Source: the human T2T-CHM13v2.0 reference genome, Homo sapiens
Assembly (NCBI RefSeq): GCF_009914755.1
Contig: NC_060925.1
Direction: 5' to 3' (one strand)
Length of the DNA: 64,000 nucleotides
Made by a program: the position numbers and the translations under genes
Shown here: positions 12,419 to 26,531 of the stretch, piece after piece
How positions within the stretch are numbered: the stretch's first letter is position 1
How the letters are laid out: each line of letters starts with the position of its first letter
Notes under the pieces: model-generated
Database searches by the model: none
What the model saw: only the letters and a program-made list of their open reading frames with translations
Told to the model about the DNA's origin: nothing

Positions 12419-12448
<30 letters not shown>
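12419..12448. repeat. (TG)15 microsatellite
   Basis: Read directly. Confidence 0.95.
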
Positions 12449-12451
<3 letters not shown>

Positions 12452-13453
12452 CCCAGAAGAAATATATTCACAGTATTCTATCAGAATGTCGAGACAAGGA
12501 AAATTATTTTCTGCTTTTGGAGTGGGTTGTTGTGTAACGGCAGGCTTGCCAAAGGACGATAACACTCCTAGCACCATTGCGGATGTGCACAATGGTTATA
12601 CGATGAATGTTGTAGAGCAAGTTCTAAAGGATAGGTAGAATACAACTGGATGGTGAGAACTAAGTTATTCTGGATAGCGAAGAATATGTAAGTACATATG
12701 CATGAAAATCAAGTACTATAATTTTGCAATTTTCAAAAAGTAAATGATATTTAAAAGGAGTTATGATAGGTTAATACTATCAAGACACGAGGGAGTCTTT
12801 CCCTCAGTATCTTCTCCAAAACTATCTAATGTCAATTTTTAAACAGTTAGGTAATAAATTTAAGGTTTCACAAGGTTAAATACCACAAGAATTATTTCAA
12901 ATATTGTGCAACATTAAATATTACTTCTAGGTAGTTAAAAAAGAGAAATTTCCCTTGATTTGTCAGCTGAATTTCTGCATGCTTTTTCTAAATAAGGTGA
13001 AAAACAAAACAATTTCTTATGCAGCAATGCTATATTCAGAAAATATCTTGAGCTAAAAAATGAGCACACTATATTGAGGAAATATCTCGAGCTAAAACAG
13101 CATTCAAAGATAAAGTACATCAAATCCATAGAATGTACAATATCAAGAGTAAACCCTAATGTAAACTATGGACTTTAATGACAATAATACTGATAGTGAA
13201 GGGGGCTATTCATGTGGCAGGGAAGAGGAAGTGGTATATAGGAAATCTCTGTACCTTCCACTCAATTTTACAGTAAAAAAACTGTAAATAAAAAATTAAG
13301 TCTAATAAAAAATATGTGTATATATAAATATATATATACACAAGAAAAAATAGAGTCAAAACATGAATATTTCACCCATTTTCTACATTGTTTTACCATA
13401 TCTTGCACCATAGTGCATATGGATGTATGTGTGAGTGTCTATATAAATATATC

Positions 13454-13750
13454 CAGTAGTATCCTCAGTATCATTAGTATCCTTAAGGAATTGTTCCAGG
13501 ACTCTTTTCACCCCCAGCAGATACCAAAATCCACAGATGCTCAAGTCTCTAAGAGAGAATGGCGTAGTATTTGCATATAACATATGCACATCCTCTCATA
13601 TAATTTAAATCATCTCTAGATTATTTATAATATCTAACATAATGTAAATACTATATAAATAATTGTTATATTGTATTTTTAATTGCATTGTTTTTATTGT
13701 TTTATTATCTTTTTATTGTTTTTTCTTTTTCAGATATTTTGGACTTGCAG
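13454..13750 (+). mobile_element. MER2-like (TcMar-Tigger) element
   Basis: gataccaaaatccacagatgctcaagtc...gtagtatttgcatataac...tttaaatcatctctagatta. Confidence 0.75.
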
Positions 13751-14209
13751 TATAATAAACATTTATGTATACAGCATTTACCAGAATTTAGCTCTAATTT
13801 TATCTCGGTTGAGTTGTTCTTAGTGATTTTCTTATACTCTTTAAATTATTTCCACTGAAACCACATAAACTTTGTAACCAGAAAGTAATCAGAATATTAA
13901 TAAACAAAAAATCAAATTACCTACCCAACATTTTTACTGCACCAGAAAAAAAAATAGGACAGATTTTTCTGGTGGAAATACCTATGACAGTTGATGAGAA
14001 TAGAAAAAGAAATAAATCTGAGAGCTGAGAACAATCCTATCACTCCTCTACTGTACACTACATAGACCAGGGAGATTTGCTACTCTTACAGTCTGCCTTC
14101 ATTCTTAAATTGTTGTGTGAGGATATTGTTCTTGAAGACATTGCAGAAGAGTTCATATTTTATATCATTCCAAAATATAAATTTTATATTCATTAACAAT
14201 GACCTCGTC

Positions 14210-14508
14210 GGTCCGGCATGGTGGTTCATGCCTGTAATCCCGGCAGTTTGGGAGGCCGAGGCGCATGGATCACCTGAGGTCAGGAGTTTGACACCAGTCT
14301 GGCCAATATGGTGAAACCTTGTCTCTACCAAAAATACAAAAAATTAGTCAGGTGTGGTGGCAGGCACCTGTAATCTCAGGTACTCAGGAGGCTGAGGCAG
14401 GAGAATCACTTGAACCCAGTGGAGGCTGCAGTGAGCCAAGATTTGCGTGATTGTACTTCAGCCTGGGCAACAAGAGTAAAACCTGAAACTCCCTCTCAAA
14501 AAAAAAAA
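14210..14508 (+). mobile_element. AluS (Sq-like)
   Basis: Alu body with caacaagag and an A tail, ~200 bp upstream of exon 2. Confidence 0.92.
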
Positions 14509-14677
14509 AGATCTCCTCAAATACTCTTCTATTCTTATTTAGGGATCTTTCTTCATTCCAAATTAGTACACTGGAAAGCATTTAAGCTAAAGGCATTTAA
14601 GCTGAATGAAAAACAAAACTATAAATGAGATGACTAAAATATAATCTAGTGATTCATCGATGTAGCTCTTTATTTAA

Positions 14678-14905
<228 letters not shown>

Positions 14906-15781
14906 TAAATGCCCTGTTCATTAAATGGATGTCATTCAGTGAATAGAGAAGGATGTGCCGGACAAGATCATAAGGTCTTGATAATCACAAGGGCAATGAC
15001 CAGAGGAGCTGGAAAAATGGGAGATGTAGTCCTCCTATTTTGAGACCCCTCCTATGAGAATCAATGAAGAATAAATATATCAACTGTCTTGCATTACCTG
15101 GAAATGCCCTACATGTTGAAATACATTAATTTTTTTAAACTGATGATTAATATATTTGACTGCTAATAGTTCTTTACTAATATTCATTTGGTAGCAGCCT
15201 GATCATAGTTTTCCTTTAAAATAAGTCATTTTATATAGATATTCTGTTTTGAATTTACCGTTCTCTTGCATATTGCGAGGTAAGGTTTGGTATTTTAACT
15301 TTTATATTTTCAATAAATCATTTATTTGGTCCTTCAAAGTGTAGCTATATTAATCCTCCAATAAATGTAGAGACCAGACTCCAATGATAACAGGTGCATT
15401 AAAAAAGAAAAACAATGGGAGAGAGAATAGATGAGGCAACAAAGGAGATAGTAATGGTCTTTCTCCTTTTGTAAGAAACATTTATGAGAATTGCGAGAAA
15501 TATTTATATGAAGATATTGTTTTGGTGCTAGAAGAGTTTATAAACACAAGATTTTTATTATAAAAACCATACAGCAACAACATGAAATATTAACTTTCGT
15601 ATATATATATATAGGAACAAAAAATATATTTCATCATTTATACGGTAGCATGACCCAAATTCTTTTGAAAATATTTACACATGATGTCAGTTTTCAAAGT
15701 TTTCCTTTCTTAATGAAATATTTTTAAATGCACTTTTTTTGCTACTTCCATCTTGTACATTAATCAATTTTTGTTCCTTAG

Positions 15782-15958
15782 GAATGTGTTCCTTTCCTTT
15801 TGTGAAAAATGGTCATTCTGAATCTTCAGGACTAATACATCTGGAAGGTGATACTGTACAAATTATTTGCAACACAGGATACAGCCTTCAAAACAATGAG
15901 AAAAACATTTCGTGTGTAGAACGGGGCTGGTCCACTCCTCCCATATGCAGCTTCACTA
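15782..15958 (+). CDS. CFHR5: CFHR5 exon 3, SCR2
   Basis: ttccttag|GA; [10 protein letters not shown]...[11 protein letters not shown]; donor A|gtaagc. Confidence 0.98.
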
Positions 15959-17034
15959 GTAAGCAAAATACCACTCTCTCAGTTTTGCTAATTATTTAAA
16001 GAAATAAATCTATAGTTTATAGATTAAATATAGGTTAAATATAGGTTTCACCACTACTTCTATCATTATTTATTTGATTTTCGGTTCCAATTGTGTCTAA
16101 GTAGATGTGCAATAACATAGTTTGCCTACCTATATAAATCAAATGTACGTAATAAGAAGAAATATTAGAGAAGAATACACTTTGAAGATAATCCATTAAT
16201 GTAACAACTGTTTGTTGTTTATATTGTCAGGTTAGTTGACAATAAATGGTTACAAAACTGAGGTATTAAAGTGCAAATTAGTCCAATTACAGTTAAAATG
16301 TCTTATAAGGAAGTTTTTAATATTTATCTTTATTTAAATTAATATGCTTGAGTCAATAAATCATTTTCTAAGTTGTAAAAAGTCCATACTTCTGAGAGGT
16401 ATGTGTATTTGTGAGCGGCTTAGAATTTGGAAAACGATTCTTTTGGAAGCCTGTGGTATAAATGATGGCACCTCACAGTCCTGTGTGAACTCTTGTAATT
16501 CTTCATCTTTATAGCTCTTCAGTAATTGTTCTTTGCCCAGCCCAATGCGATTCCATCCTATGCTTACACACCTCAGTATTCAACCAAACACTCAAGGAAA
16601 CTTCCATAGTCTTTCTCTTCATACCACTTTCTCTCTGCTACTATGTCCAGTAACTTCTGGCCACCATAGTCACCAAGACTGACCTTACTAGTCTCAACTA
16701 AAGAAGACCACTGAGTTCTTCCTGGGTTCTCCCTCCTTGCACAGTCTAGAAAAGGCTTCCCAATAAACAGCTGGGCTTTCATTGACTTTGCTTTATTATT
16801 TTGAAGTATTGAGGGTTTTTTCCTTTTTTCAGTCATCACAGTTCTGTACTGGGTGATTTCCAGCATTCTGAAAATAAATTTTGTAAAATTTTCTAAATTT
16901 TTTTTCAGTGGGATGATATGTTGATAGCAGCTACTCCATCCTATCAAGAAATAGAATCTGTGGTAGGTTTTTCAAAAGATGTTATGTTATCAAATATTAT
17001 TCCACATCTTCAACTCTTAATTTAAACCTCTAGA

Positions 17035-17194
17035 GCCAGGCACAGTGATGTGCACCTGTAGTCCCCGCCACTGGCAAGGCTGAAATAGGAGTTCAAAGCT
17101 TCAGTGAGTTATGACTGCACCAGTGCACTCCAACCCAGGCAACAAAGTGAGACCCTTCCCCACTAGAAAAACAAAACAAAGTAAAGCAAAATGA
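17035..17194 (+). mobile_element. Free Alu right-arm monomer (FRAM-like)
   Basis: Single monomer; perfect 16-bp TSD AATTTAAACCTCTAGA at 17019-17034 and 17195-17210. Confidence 0.8.
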
Positions 17195-18189
17195 AATTTA
17201 AACCTCTAGAAATGGAGTCTTTTTAAAACAGCTGGAACTGCGATAGTTTTTCAGTAAACAGTTACGTCATGGTCTCTTTCAATTACAAGGGGTTAAAACA
17301 TTATTAACATTTGCAAAAAAAAAAAATAACAAATGTTACTAACACTAGAAAATTCCAGTGATTGAAAAGGGTTCAAAATGTATAGGCTTCAGTTATGGTA
17401 TAAATATTTCCATGCTTTCTCTTATCCATACCTGTTCATGTCATGAACAAGCTCTCTTCATTTTGAGAGATGATGGCTATTGTCAGACCAACAATTATAT
17501 TTTAGAAGCTTGACAAATTAAGTTTGGCCAGCGTAACCCATACAAGCTGGCTCTGTGTACAGTCTGTAAGATTTTGTTAGTCTTTGAACAATTCGGTTGC
17601 TTTGTGACACAAAAAATATCCCAGGCTTAACTCATGTTTCCACTGCCCCAGAACTAGAATCAGCCATACCTCCAATAAGTCCTGGTTCCATTTAGTGGGC
17701 AATGACATTTAGAAACTAAGTTGTCAAAATAAACTTGTTTCAAAATTTAGCACATTTTATTTAATCAGAAAAAGCACATATCTTATTGTTCAAGTTCTCA
17801 GAATATTGCTGCCTTTCCCTTTCTGCCCGTTGCTTATTCCAAAAGCACAAGACAACATATTGAGGTTATCAGAGTAGATGGACAGATGGACCAAGTCAGA
17901 GTCTCCAAAGTGAAAGAATTCAGCAGAACACTCTGTGCCTAAGGTTGAATGGTAGCTCACGAACACTGTGGAAAGTTAATAAAGTTTCAGGGCAACTAGA
18001 CTCCTAATGATAGCGGCACAGTCTGTTTATTCATGTAAGGTAACATCTTGCAAGTTATGGTAATCCATGTTGCAGGGATTAGTATGGCGTCATCTCTGGG
18101 GGCCGTTATTCCATTTACAACACCATGCAATAACCATATATGAATAAAGCAGCTGGAAAACCCTACATTGGCCAAGATCGATTATTTTC

Positions 18190-21100
18190 TTTTTATATAT
18201 ATATATATACTTTAAGTTCTAGGGTACATGCGCACAACATGCAGGTTTGTTACATAGGTATACATGTGTCATATTGGTTTGCTGCACCCATTAACTCGTG
18301 ATTTACATTATGTATTTTGCCTAATGCTACCCCTCCCCTACCTCCCACCCTACAACAGGCCCCAGTGTGTGATGTTCCCCACCCTGTGTCCAAGTGTTCC
18401 CATTGTTCAATTCCCACCTGTGAGTGAGAACATGCAGTGTTTGGTTTTCTGTCCTTGTGATAGTTTTCTCAGAATGATGGTTTCCAGGTTCATCCATGAC
18501 CCTGCAAAGGACAAGAACTCATCCTTTTTTATGGCTGCATAGTATTCCATGGTGTATGTGTGCCGCATTTTCTTAATCCAGTCTATCACTTACGGACATT
18601 TGGGCTAGTTCCAGGTCTTTGCTATTGTGAATACTGCCACAATAAACCTATGTGTGCATGTATCTTTATAGCAGCATGATTTATAATCTTATGGGTATAT
18701 ACCCAGTAATGAGATCACTGGGTCAAATGGTATTTCTAGTTCTAGATCCTTGAGGAATTGCCACACTGTCTACCACAATGGTTGAACTAGTTTACACTCC
18801 CAACAACAGTGTAAAAGAGTTCCTATTTCTCCACATCCTCTCTAGAATCTGTTGTTCCCTGACTTTTTAATGATCGCCATTCTAACTGGTGTGAGATGGT
18901 ATCTCATTGTGGTTTTGATTTGCATTTCTCTGATGACCAGTGATGATCAGCATTTTTTCATGTGTCTGTTGGCTGAATAAATGTCTTCTTTTAAGAAGTG
19001 TCTGTTCATATCCTTTGCCCACTTTTTGATGGGGTTTTTTCTTGTAGATTTGTTTAAGTTCTTTGTAGATTCTGGCTATCAGCCCTTTATCAGATGGGTA
19101 GATTGCAAAGATTTTCTCCCATTCTGTACGTTGCCTGTTCACTCTGATGGTAGTTTCTTTTGCTGTGCAGAAGCTCTTTAGTTTAATTAGATTCCATTTG
19201 TCTATTTTGGCTTTTGTTGCCATTGCTTTTTGTGTTTTAGTCATGAAGTACTTGCCCATGCCTTTGTCCTGAATGCTAAGGCCTAGGTTTTCTTCTAGGG
19301 TTTTTATGGTTTTTAGGTCTAACATTTAAGTCTTTAATCCATCTTGAATTAATTTTTGTATAAGGTGTAAGTAAGGGATCCAGTTTCAGCTTTCTACATA
19401 TGGCCAGGCAGTTTTCCCAGCACCATTTATTAAATAGGGAATCCTTTCCCCATTTCTTGTTTTTCTCAGGTTTGTCAAAGATCAAATGGTTGTAGATGTG
19501 TGGTGTTATTTCTGAGGCCTCTGTTCTGTTCCATTGGTCTATATCTCTGTTTTGGTACCAGTACCATGCTGTTTTGGTTACTTGTAGTATAGCCTTGTAG
19601 TATAGTTTGAAGTTAGGTAGCCTGATGCCTCCAGCTTTGTTCTTTTTGCTTAGGATTGTCTTGGCAATGCAGCCCCTTTTTTGATTCCATATGAACTTTA
19701 AAGTAGTTTTGTCCTATTCTGTGAAGAAAGTTAGTGGTAACTTGATGCGGATGGCATTGACTCTATAAATTACCTTGGGCAGTATGGCCATTTTCACGAT
19801 ATTGATTCTTCCTCTCCATGAGCATGGAAAGTTCTTCCATTTGTTTGTGTCCTCTTTTATTTCGCTGAGCAGTGGTTTGTAGTTCTCCTTGAAGAGATTC
19901 TTCACATCCCTTGTAAATAGGATTCCTAGGTATTTTATTCTCTTTGAAGTAATTGAGAAGGGGAGTTCACTCATGATTTGGCTCTCTGTCTGTCTGTTAT
20001 TGGTGTATAGGAATGCTTGTGATTTTTGCACATTGATTTTGTATCCTGAGACTTTGCTGAAGTTGCTTATCAGCTTAAGGAGATTTTGGGCTGAGACGAT
20101 GGGGTTTTCTAAATATACAATCATGTCATCTGCAAACAGCAACAATTTGACTTCCTCTTTTCCTAATTGAATACCCTTGATTTCTTTCTCCTGCCTGATT
20201 GCCCTGGCCAGAACTTCCAACACTATGTTGAATAGGAGTGGTAAGAGAGGGCATCCCTGTCTTGTGCTGATTTTCAAAGGGAATGCTTCCAGTTTTTGCC
20301 CATTCAGTATGATATTGGCTGTGGGTTTGTCATGAGTAGCTCTTATTATTTTGCCATATGTTCCATCAATACCTAGTTTACTGAGAGTTTTTAGCATGAA
20401 GCGCTGTTGAATTTTGTCAAAGGCCTTTTCTGCATCTATTGAGATAATCACGTGTTTTTGTCATTGGTTCTGTTTATGTGATGGATTACATTTATTAGTT
20501 TGTATATGTTGAACCAGCCTTGCATCCCAAGGATGAAGCCAACTTGATTGTGGTGGATAAGCTTTTTGATGTGCTGCTGGATTTGGTTTGCCAGTATTTT
20601 ATTGAGGATTTTCACATCGATGTTCATCAGGGATATGGGTCTAAAATTCTCTTTTTTTTGTTGTGTCTCTGCCAGTCTTTGGTACCAGGATGATGCTGGC
20701 CTCATAAAATGAGTTAGGGAGTATTCACTCTTTTTCTATTGATTGGAATAGTTTCAGAAGGAATGTGACCAGCTCCTCTTTGAACCTCTGGTAGAATTCT
20801 GCTGTGAATCTGTCTGGTCCTGAACTTTTTTGGGTGGTAGGCAATTAATTATTGCCTCAATTTCAGAGCCTGTTATTGGTCTATTCAGAGATTCAACTTC
20901 TTCTTGGTTTAGTCTTGGGAGGATGTATGTGTCGAGGAATTTATCCATTTCTTCTAGATTTTCTAGTTTATTTGCGTAGAGGTGTTTATAGTATTCTCTG
21001 ATGGTAGTTTGTATTTCTGTGGGATCGGTGGTGATATCCCCTTTATCATTTTTTATTGCATCTGCTTGATTCATCTCTCTTTTCTTCTTTATTAGTCTTG

Positions 21101-24100
21101 CTAGCAGTCTGTCTATTTTGTTAATCTTTTCAAAAAACCAGCTCCTGGATTCATTGATTTTCTGAAGGGCTTTTGTTGTCTCTATCTCCTTCAGTTCTGT
21201 TCTGATCTTAGTTATTTCTTGCCTTCTGCTAGCTTTTGAATGTGTTTGCTCTTGCTTCTCTAGTTCTTTCAATTGTGATCTTAGAGTGTTGACTTTAGAT
21301 CTTTCCTTCTTTCTCTTGTGGTCATTTAGTACTATAAATTTCCCTCTACACACTGCTTTAAATGTGTCCCAGAGATTCTGGTAAGTTGTGGCTTTGTTCT
21401 CCTTGGTTTCAAAGAACATCGTTATTTCTGCCTTCATTTTGTTATTTACCTGGTAGTCATTCAGGAGCAGGGTGTTCAGTTTCCATGTAGTGGTGCGGTT
21501 TTGAGTGAGTTTCTTAATCCTGGGTTCTAACTTGCTTGCACTGTGGTATGAGAGACAGTTTGTTGTGATTTCTGTTCTTTTACATTTGCTGAGGAGTGCT
21601 TTACTTCCAACTATGTGGTCAATTTTGGGATAAGTGCTATGTGATGCTGAGAAGAATGTATATTCTGTTGATTTGAAGTGGAGAGTTCTGTAGATGTCTA
21701 TTAGGTCCGCTTGGTGCAGAGCTGATTTCAAGTCCTGGATAACCTTGTTAACCTTTTGTCTCATTAATCTGTCTAATAATGACAGTGGGGTGTTAAAGTC
21801 TCCCATTATTATTGTGCAGGAGTCTAAGTCTCTTCGTAGGTCTCTAAGGACTGGCTTTATTAATCTGGGTTCTCCTGTTGGGTGCATATATATTTCGGAT
21901 AGTTAGCTCTTCTTGTTGAATTGATCCCTTTACCATTATGTAATGGCCTTCTTTGTCTCTTTTCATCCTTGTTGGTTTAAATTCTGTTTTATCAGAGGCT
22001 AGGATTACAACCCCTGCTTTTTTTTTTCCTTTCCATTTGCTTGGTAGATATTCCTCCATCCCTTTATTTTGAGCCTATGTGTGTCTCTGCACGTGAGATA
22101 GGTCTCCGGAATACAGCACACTGATGGGTCTTGACTCTTTATACAATTTGCCAGTCTGTGTCTTTTAATTGGAGCACTTAGCCCATTTACATTTAAGGTT
22201 AATATTGTTATGTGTGAATTTGATCCTGTTATTGTGATGTTAGCTAGTTATTTTGCCCGTTAGTTGATGCAGTTTCTACCTAGCATAGATGGTCTTTACA
22301 ATTTGGCATGTTTTTGCAGGGGCTGGTACCGGTTGTTCTTTTTCATGTTTAGTGCTTCCTTCAGGAGCTCTTGTAAGGCAGACCTGGTGGTGACAAAATC
22401 TCTCAGCATTTGCTTGTCTGTAAAGGATTTTAATTCTTCTTCACTTATGAAGCTTAGTTTGGCTGGATATGAGATTCTGGGTTGAAAATTCTTGTCTTTA
22501 GGAATGTCGAATATTGGCCCCCACTCTCTTCTGACTTGTAGAGTTTCTGCCGAGAGATCCACTATTAGTCTGATGGGCTTCCCTTTGTGGGTAACCCAAC
22601 CTTTCTCTCTGGCTGCCATTAACATATTTTCCTTCATTTCAACCTTGGTGAATCTGACAATTATGTGTCCTGCTCTTCTCGAGGAGTATTTTTTTGGTGT
22701 TCTCTGCATTTCTTGAAATTGAATGTTGACCTGCCTTGCTAGGTTAAGGAAGTTCCCCTGGATAATATCCTGAAGAGTGTTTTCCAACTTGATTCCATTA
22801 TCGCCCTCACTTTCAGGTACAGCAATCAAACGTAGATTTGGTTTTTCACATAGTCCCATATTTCTCGGAGGCTTTGTTCATTTCTTTTTACTCTTTTTTC
22901 TCTAAACTTTCTTCTCTCTTTATTTCATTAATTTGATCTTCAATCACTGATACCATTTCTTCCACATGATCAAATCGGCTATTGAAGCTTGTACATGCAT
23001 CACGTAGTTCTCGTGCCATGGTTTTCAGCTCCATCAGGTCATTTAAGGTCTTCTCTACACTGTTTATTCTAGTTAGCCATCCATCTAATCTTTTTTCAAG
23101 GTTTTTAGCTTCCTTGCGATGGGTTCAAACATCCTCCTTTAGCTTGGAGAAGTTTGTTATTACCAATCTTCTGAAGCCTACTTCCGTCAGCTTATCAAAG
23201 TCATTCTCTGTCCAGCTTTCTTCTATTGCTGGTGAGGAGCTATGATCCTTTGGAGGAGAAGAGACACTCTGGTTTTTAGAATTTTCAGTTTTTCTGCTCT
23301 GGTTTCTCCCCATCTTTGTGGTTTTATCTACCTTTGGTCTTTGATGTTGGTGACCTACAGATGGGGTTTTGTTGTGGATGTCCTTTTTGTGGATGTTGAT
23401 GCTATTTCTTTCGTTTTTTAGTTTTCCTTCTAACAATCAGGTCCCTCAGCTGCAGGTCTGTTGGATTTTGCTGGAGGTCCAGTCCAGACCCTGTTTGCCT
23501 GGGTATCACCAGCAGAGGCTGCAGAACAGCAAATATTGCAGAACAGCAAATATTGCTGCCTGCTCCTTCCTCTGGAAGCTTCATCCCAGCGGGGCACCCA
23601 CCTGTATGAGGTGTCAGTTTTCCCCCTACTGGGAGGTGTCTCCCAGTTAGGCTACACGTGGGACGGGGACCCACTTGAGGAGGCAATCTGTCCGTTCTCA
23701 GAGCTCAAACACCATGCTGGGAGAACCACTGCTCTCTTCAGAGCTGTCAGACAGGGACATTTAAGTCTACAGAAGTTTCTGCTGCCTTTTGTTCAGCTAT
23801 GCCCTGCCCCCAGAGGTGGAGTTTACAGAAGCAGCAGGCCTTGCTGAGCTGCAGTGGTCTCTGCCCAGTTCAAGCTTTTCCAGCTGCTTTGTTTACCTAC
23901 TCAAGCCTCAGCATTGGCGGACGCCCCTCCCCCTGCCAGGCTGCTGCCTCACAGGTCGATCTCAGACTGCCACACTAGCAGTGAGCAAGGCTCTGTGGGC
24001 GTGGTAACTGCCAAGCCAGGCACAGGATACAGTCTCCTGGTGTGTCCTGGAGACTGGACACACCACTAAGACCACTGGAAAAGTGCAGTATTTGTGTGTG

Positions 24101-24486
24101 AGTGTCCCGATTTTCCAGGTACAGTCTGTCACGGGTTTCCTTGGCTAGGAAAGGGAAATCCCCCAACCCCTTGCACTTCTATTTTTTCTAAGACCACTGG
24201 AAAAGTGCAGTATTTGTGTGTGAGTGTCCCGATTTTCCAGGTACAGTCTGTCAGGGCCTCCCTTGGCTAGGAAAGGAAAATCCCCCAACCCCTTGCACTT
24301 CCCAGGGAGGCAATGCCCTGCTTTGCTTTGGCTCCCCCTCCATGGACTGCACCCGCTGTCCAACCAGTCCCAGTGAGATGAACCAGATACCTCAGTTGGA
24401 AATGTAGAAATCACCCATCTTCTGCATCGATCACACTGGGAGCTGCAGACCAGAGCTGTTCCTATTCGGCCATCTTGGAACAGAAT
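18190..24486 (-). mobile_element. Full-length (~6.3 kb) inactive L1PA (about L1PA6), antisense in CFHR5 intron 3
   Basis: 5' end ...TTCCAAGATGGCCGAATAGGAACAGCTC. ORF1 (~23313-22296) and ORF2 (~22232-18407) are broken by stops and frameshifts; ORF2 ATG>ATA. EN/RT fragments appear in the ORF track (FADDMIVY). 17-bp TSD CAAGATC(G/A)ATTATTTTC at 18173-18189 and 24487-24503. Confidence 0.96.
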
Positions 24487-25083
24487 CAAGATCAATTATT
24501 TTCAATGGCATTTTGTTTTTAACAATTAGTTAAAAAAAGACTATAAACAACCAATAAAGAACTGTCATGCAAAATACTGGAATAACAAACAGAGATTTAG
24601 AGATACACATTTTATTTTAGTGAATTAAGACACATTCTCTTGGGATTTGCTCAAGTAAACTGTGATCAATACATTAAAGTGCCAATAACAGTATATAAAA
24701 CTAGCTAGTTTGAAAATATTTATGAGATTATTAGTTAGAACATATTTCAATTTTATTTTTGTGTATGCTTGATTTATTCAGATTATTTTTGTCTTGAATG
24801 TCAATTATTTATTTTACACAAGAATTAATATATAATTTTATAAACTAACCATTAATGAAAGATTATTAAATGAGAAAAACACACATATTCATATACATAT
24901 CTATTTCTAATTGAATCAGAATATATTCATAATGAGTTAGTTTTTACAAACATATTAGTGATAGAGTTGAGTATAAGGGAAAGATTCAAAAAACCTAGAT
25001 GGGTTTTTTAAAAGTCTTTGATATTTAGTTACCCTTTTGTAAAACTGGGAATAATCTGCTTTTAAATATTCCCTTCAACTTAA

Positions 25084-25466
<383 letters not shown>

Positions 25467-25900
25467 TAAATATGTTGCAATTTTATTTTGTTACTTGAAG
25501 GAATTTTTTGTGATTTAGTGAGAAAAAAATATTCCTATTCTGTATTATAAACAAATAATGTTATTAAACTTATTTATTAAACAATAAAATTAGAACTAAT
25601 ATTGCTAATTAAACAAATTAAATAATTTACTGTATGAGTAACTTCACAGGACATTCTTACTACAATCCTGAAGAGATTCTCATAGAAAATGTTACCTTGC
25701 TATATACAGTTTCCCAATTTGCCTGAGGGGTCTTAGATATATTTATTGGGTATAAATAATTAGTCTATATGTTTTCTCGAAGGCAAGAATATATTTTATA
25801 CTCTGTATATGAAGCCCCTTGCATCTTATTTTTATATAGCACACATTAAATTTGTTTCTGCAATGAAAATTCACATATGTTCATTTAATTTTATTTTTAG

Positions 25901-26077
25901 AAGGAGAATGTCATGTTCCAATTTTAGAAGCCAATGTAGATGCTCAGCCAAAAAAAGAAAGCTACAAAGTTGGAGACGTGTTGAAATTCTCCTGCAGAAA
26001 AAATCTTATAAGAGTTGGATCAGACTCAGTTCAATGTTACCAATTTGGGTGGTCACCTAACTTTCCAACATGCAAAG
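25901..26077 (+). CDS. CFHR5: CFHR5 exon 4, SCR3
   Basis: tttttag|AA; GECHVPILEANVDAQPKKESYKVGDVLKFSC...GWSPNFPTCK; donor G|gtcagt. Confidence 0.97.
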
Positions 26078-26531
26078 GTCAGTATTTATTTTAGAAGTGA
26101 TGAAACAAGAATTTGATTTTTATAATAATGCCCATATATTTTTATTGGAGCTTATATTACATCTATAATCTGACAAAGTGGTAAAATGGCAAAGGAGAAA
26201 GGATGCAGTTCTATAGTAATTGAGCTGCATAGATTATTTAGGTGTCCGTAATCAAGGAGTAATTCTACTTCTGTGTTTTACAATACATAATAGGATTTTA
26301 TAGGTCAAAATATAGTAGCTGGAATTGAGACGTCTTAGGATTTTTCCATCTAGCTCAATAAAAAATTTATACTTTTTAGAAATATTGTACGAACAATGTT
26401 ATATTTTATTAAGTAATTAAGAAAATAAGTCATTGCATATACGAATTATTCATTAGAAAACAGTGATGATTTATACCTGCTTCAGATGGCACTATTTTTA
26501 TCAAAAATGGCTTATCACATTATTTGAAGTA

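Noticed and set aside
13030-13097. ~39-bp imperfect tandem duplication (and similar small ones at ~49658, ~62765 and the hairpin at 63781-63802)
   Set aside because: Ordinary slippage-scale events with no functional clue.
18407-23436. Longest ORFs in the track (377, 245, 187, 147 aa) as novel genes
   Set aside because: They are fragments of L1 ORF1/ORF2 broken by stops and frameshifts, and the ORF2 start codon is lost.
23520-23556. 17-bp tandem repeat gcagaacagcaaatatt in the L1 5' UTR
   Set aside because: As I recall, this is a common feature of L1PA6-age elements rather than a locus-specific event.
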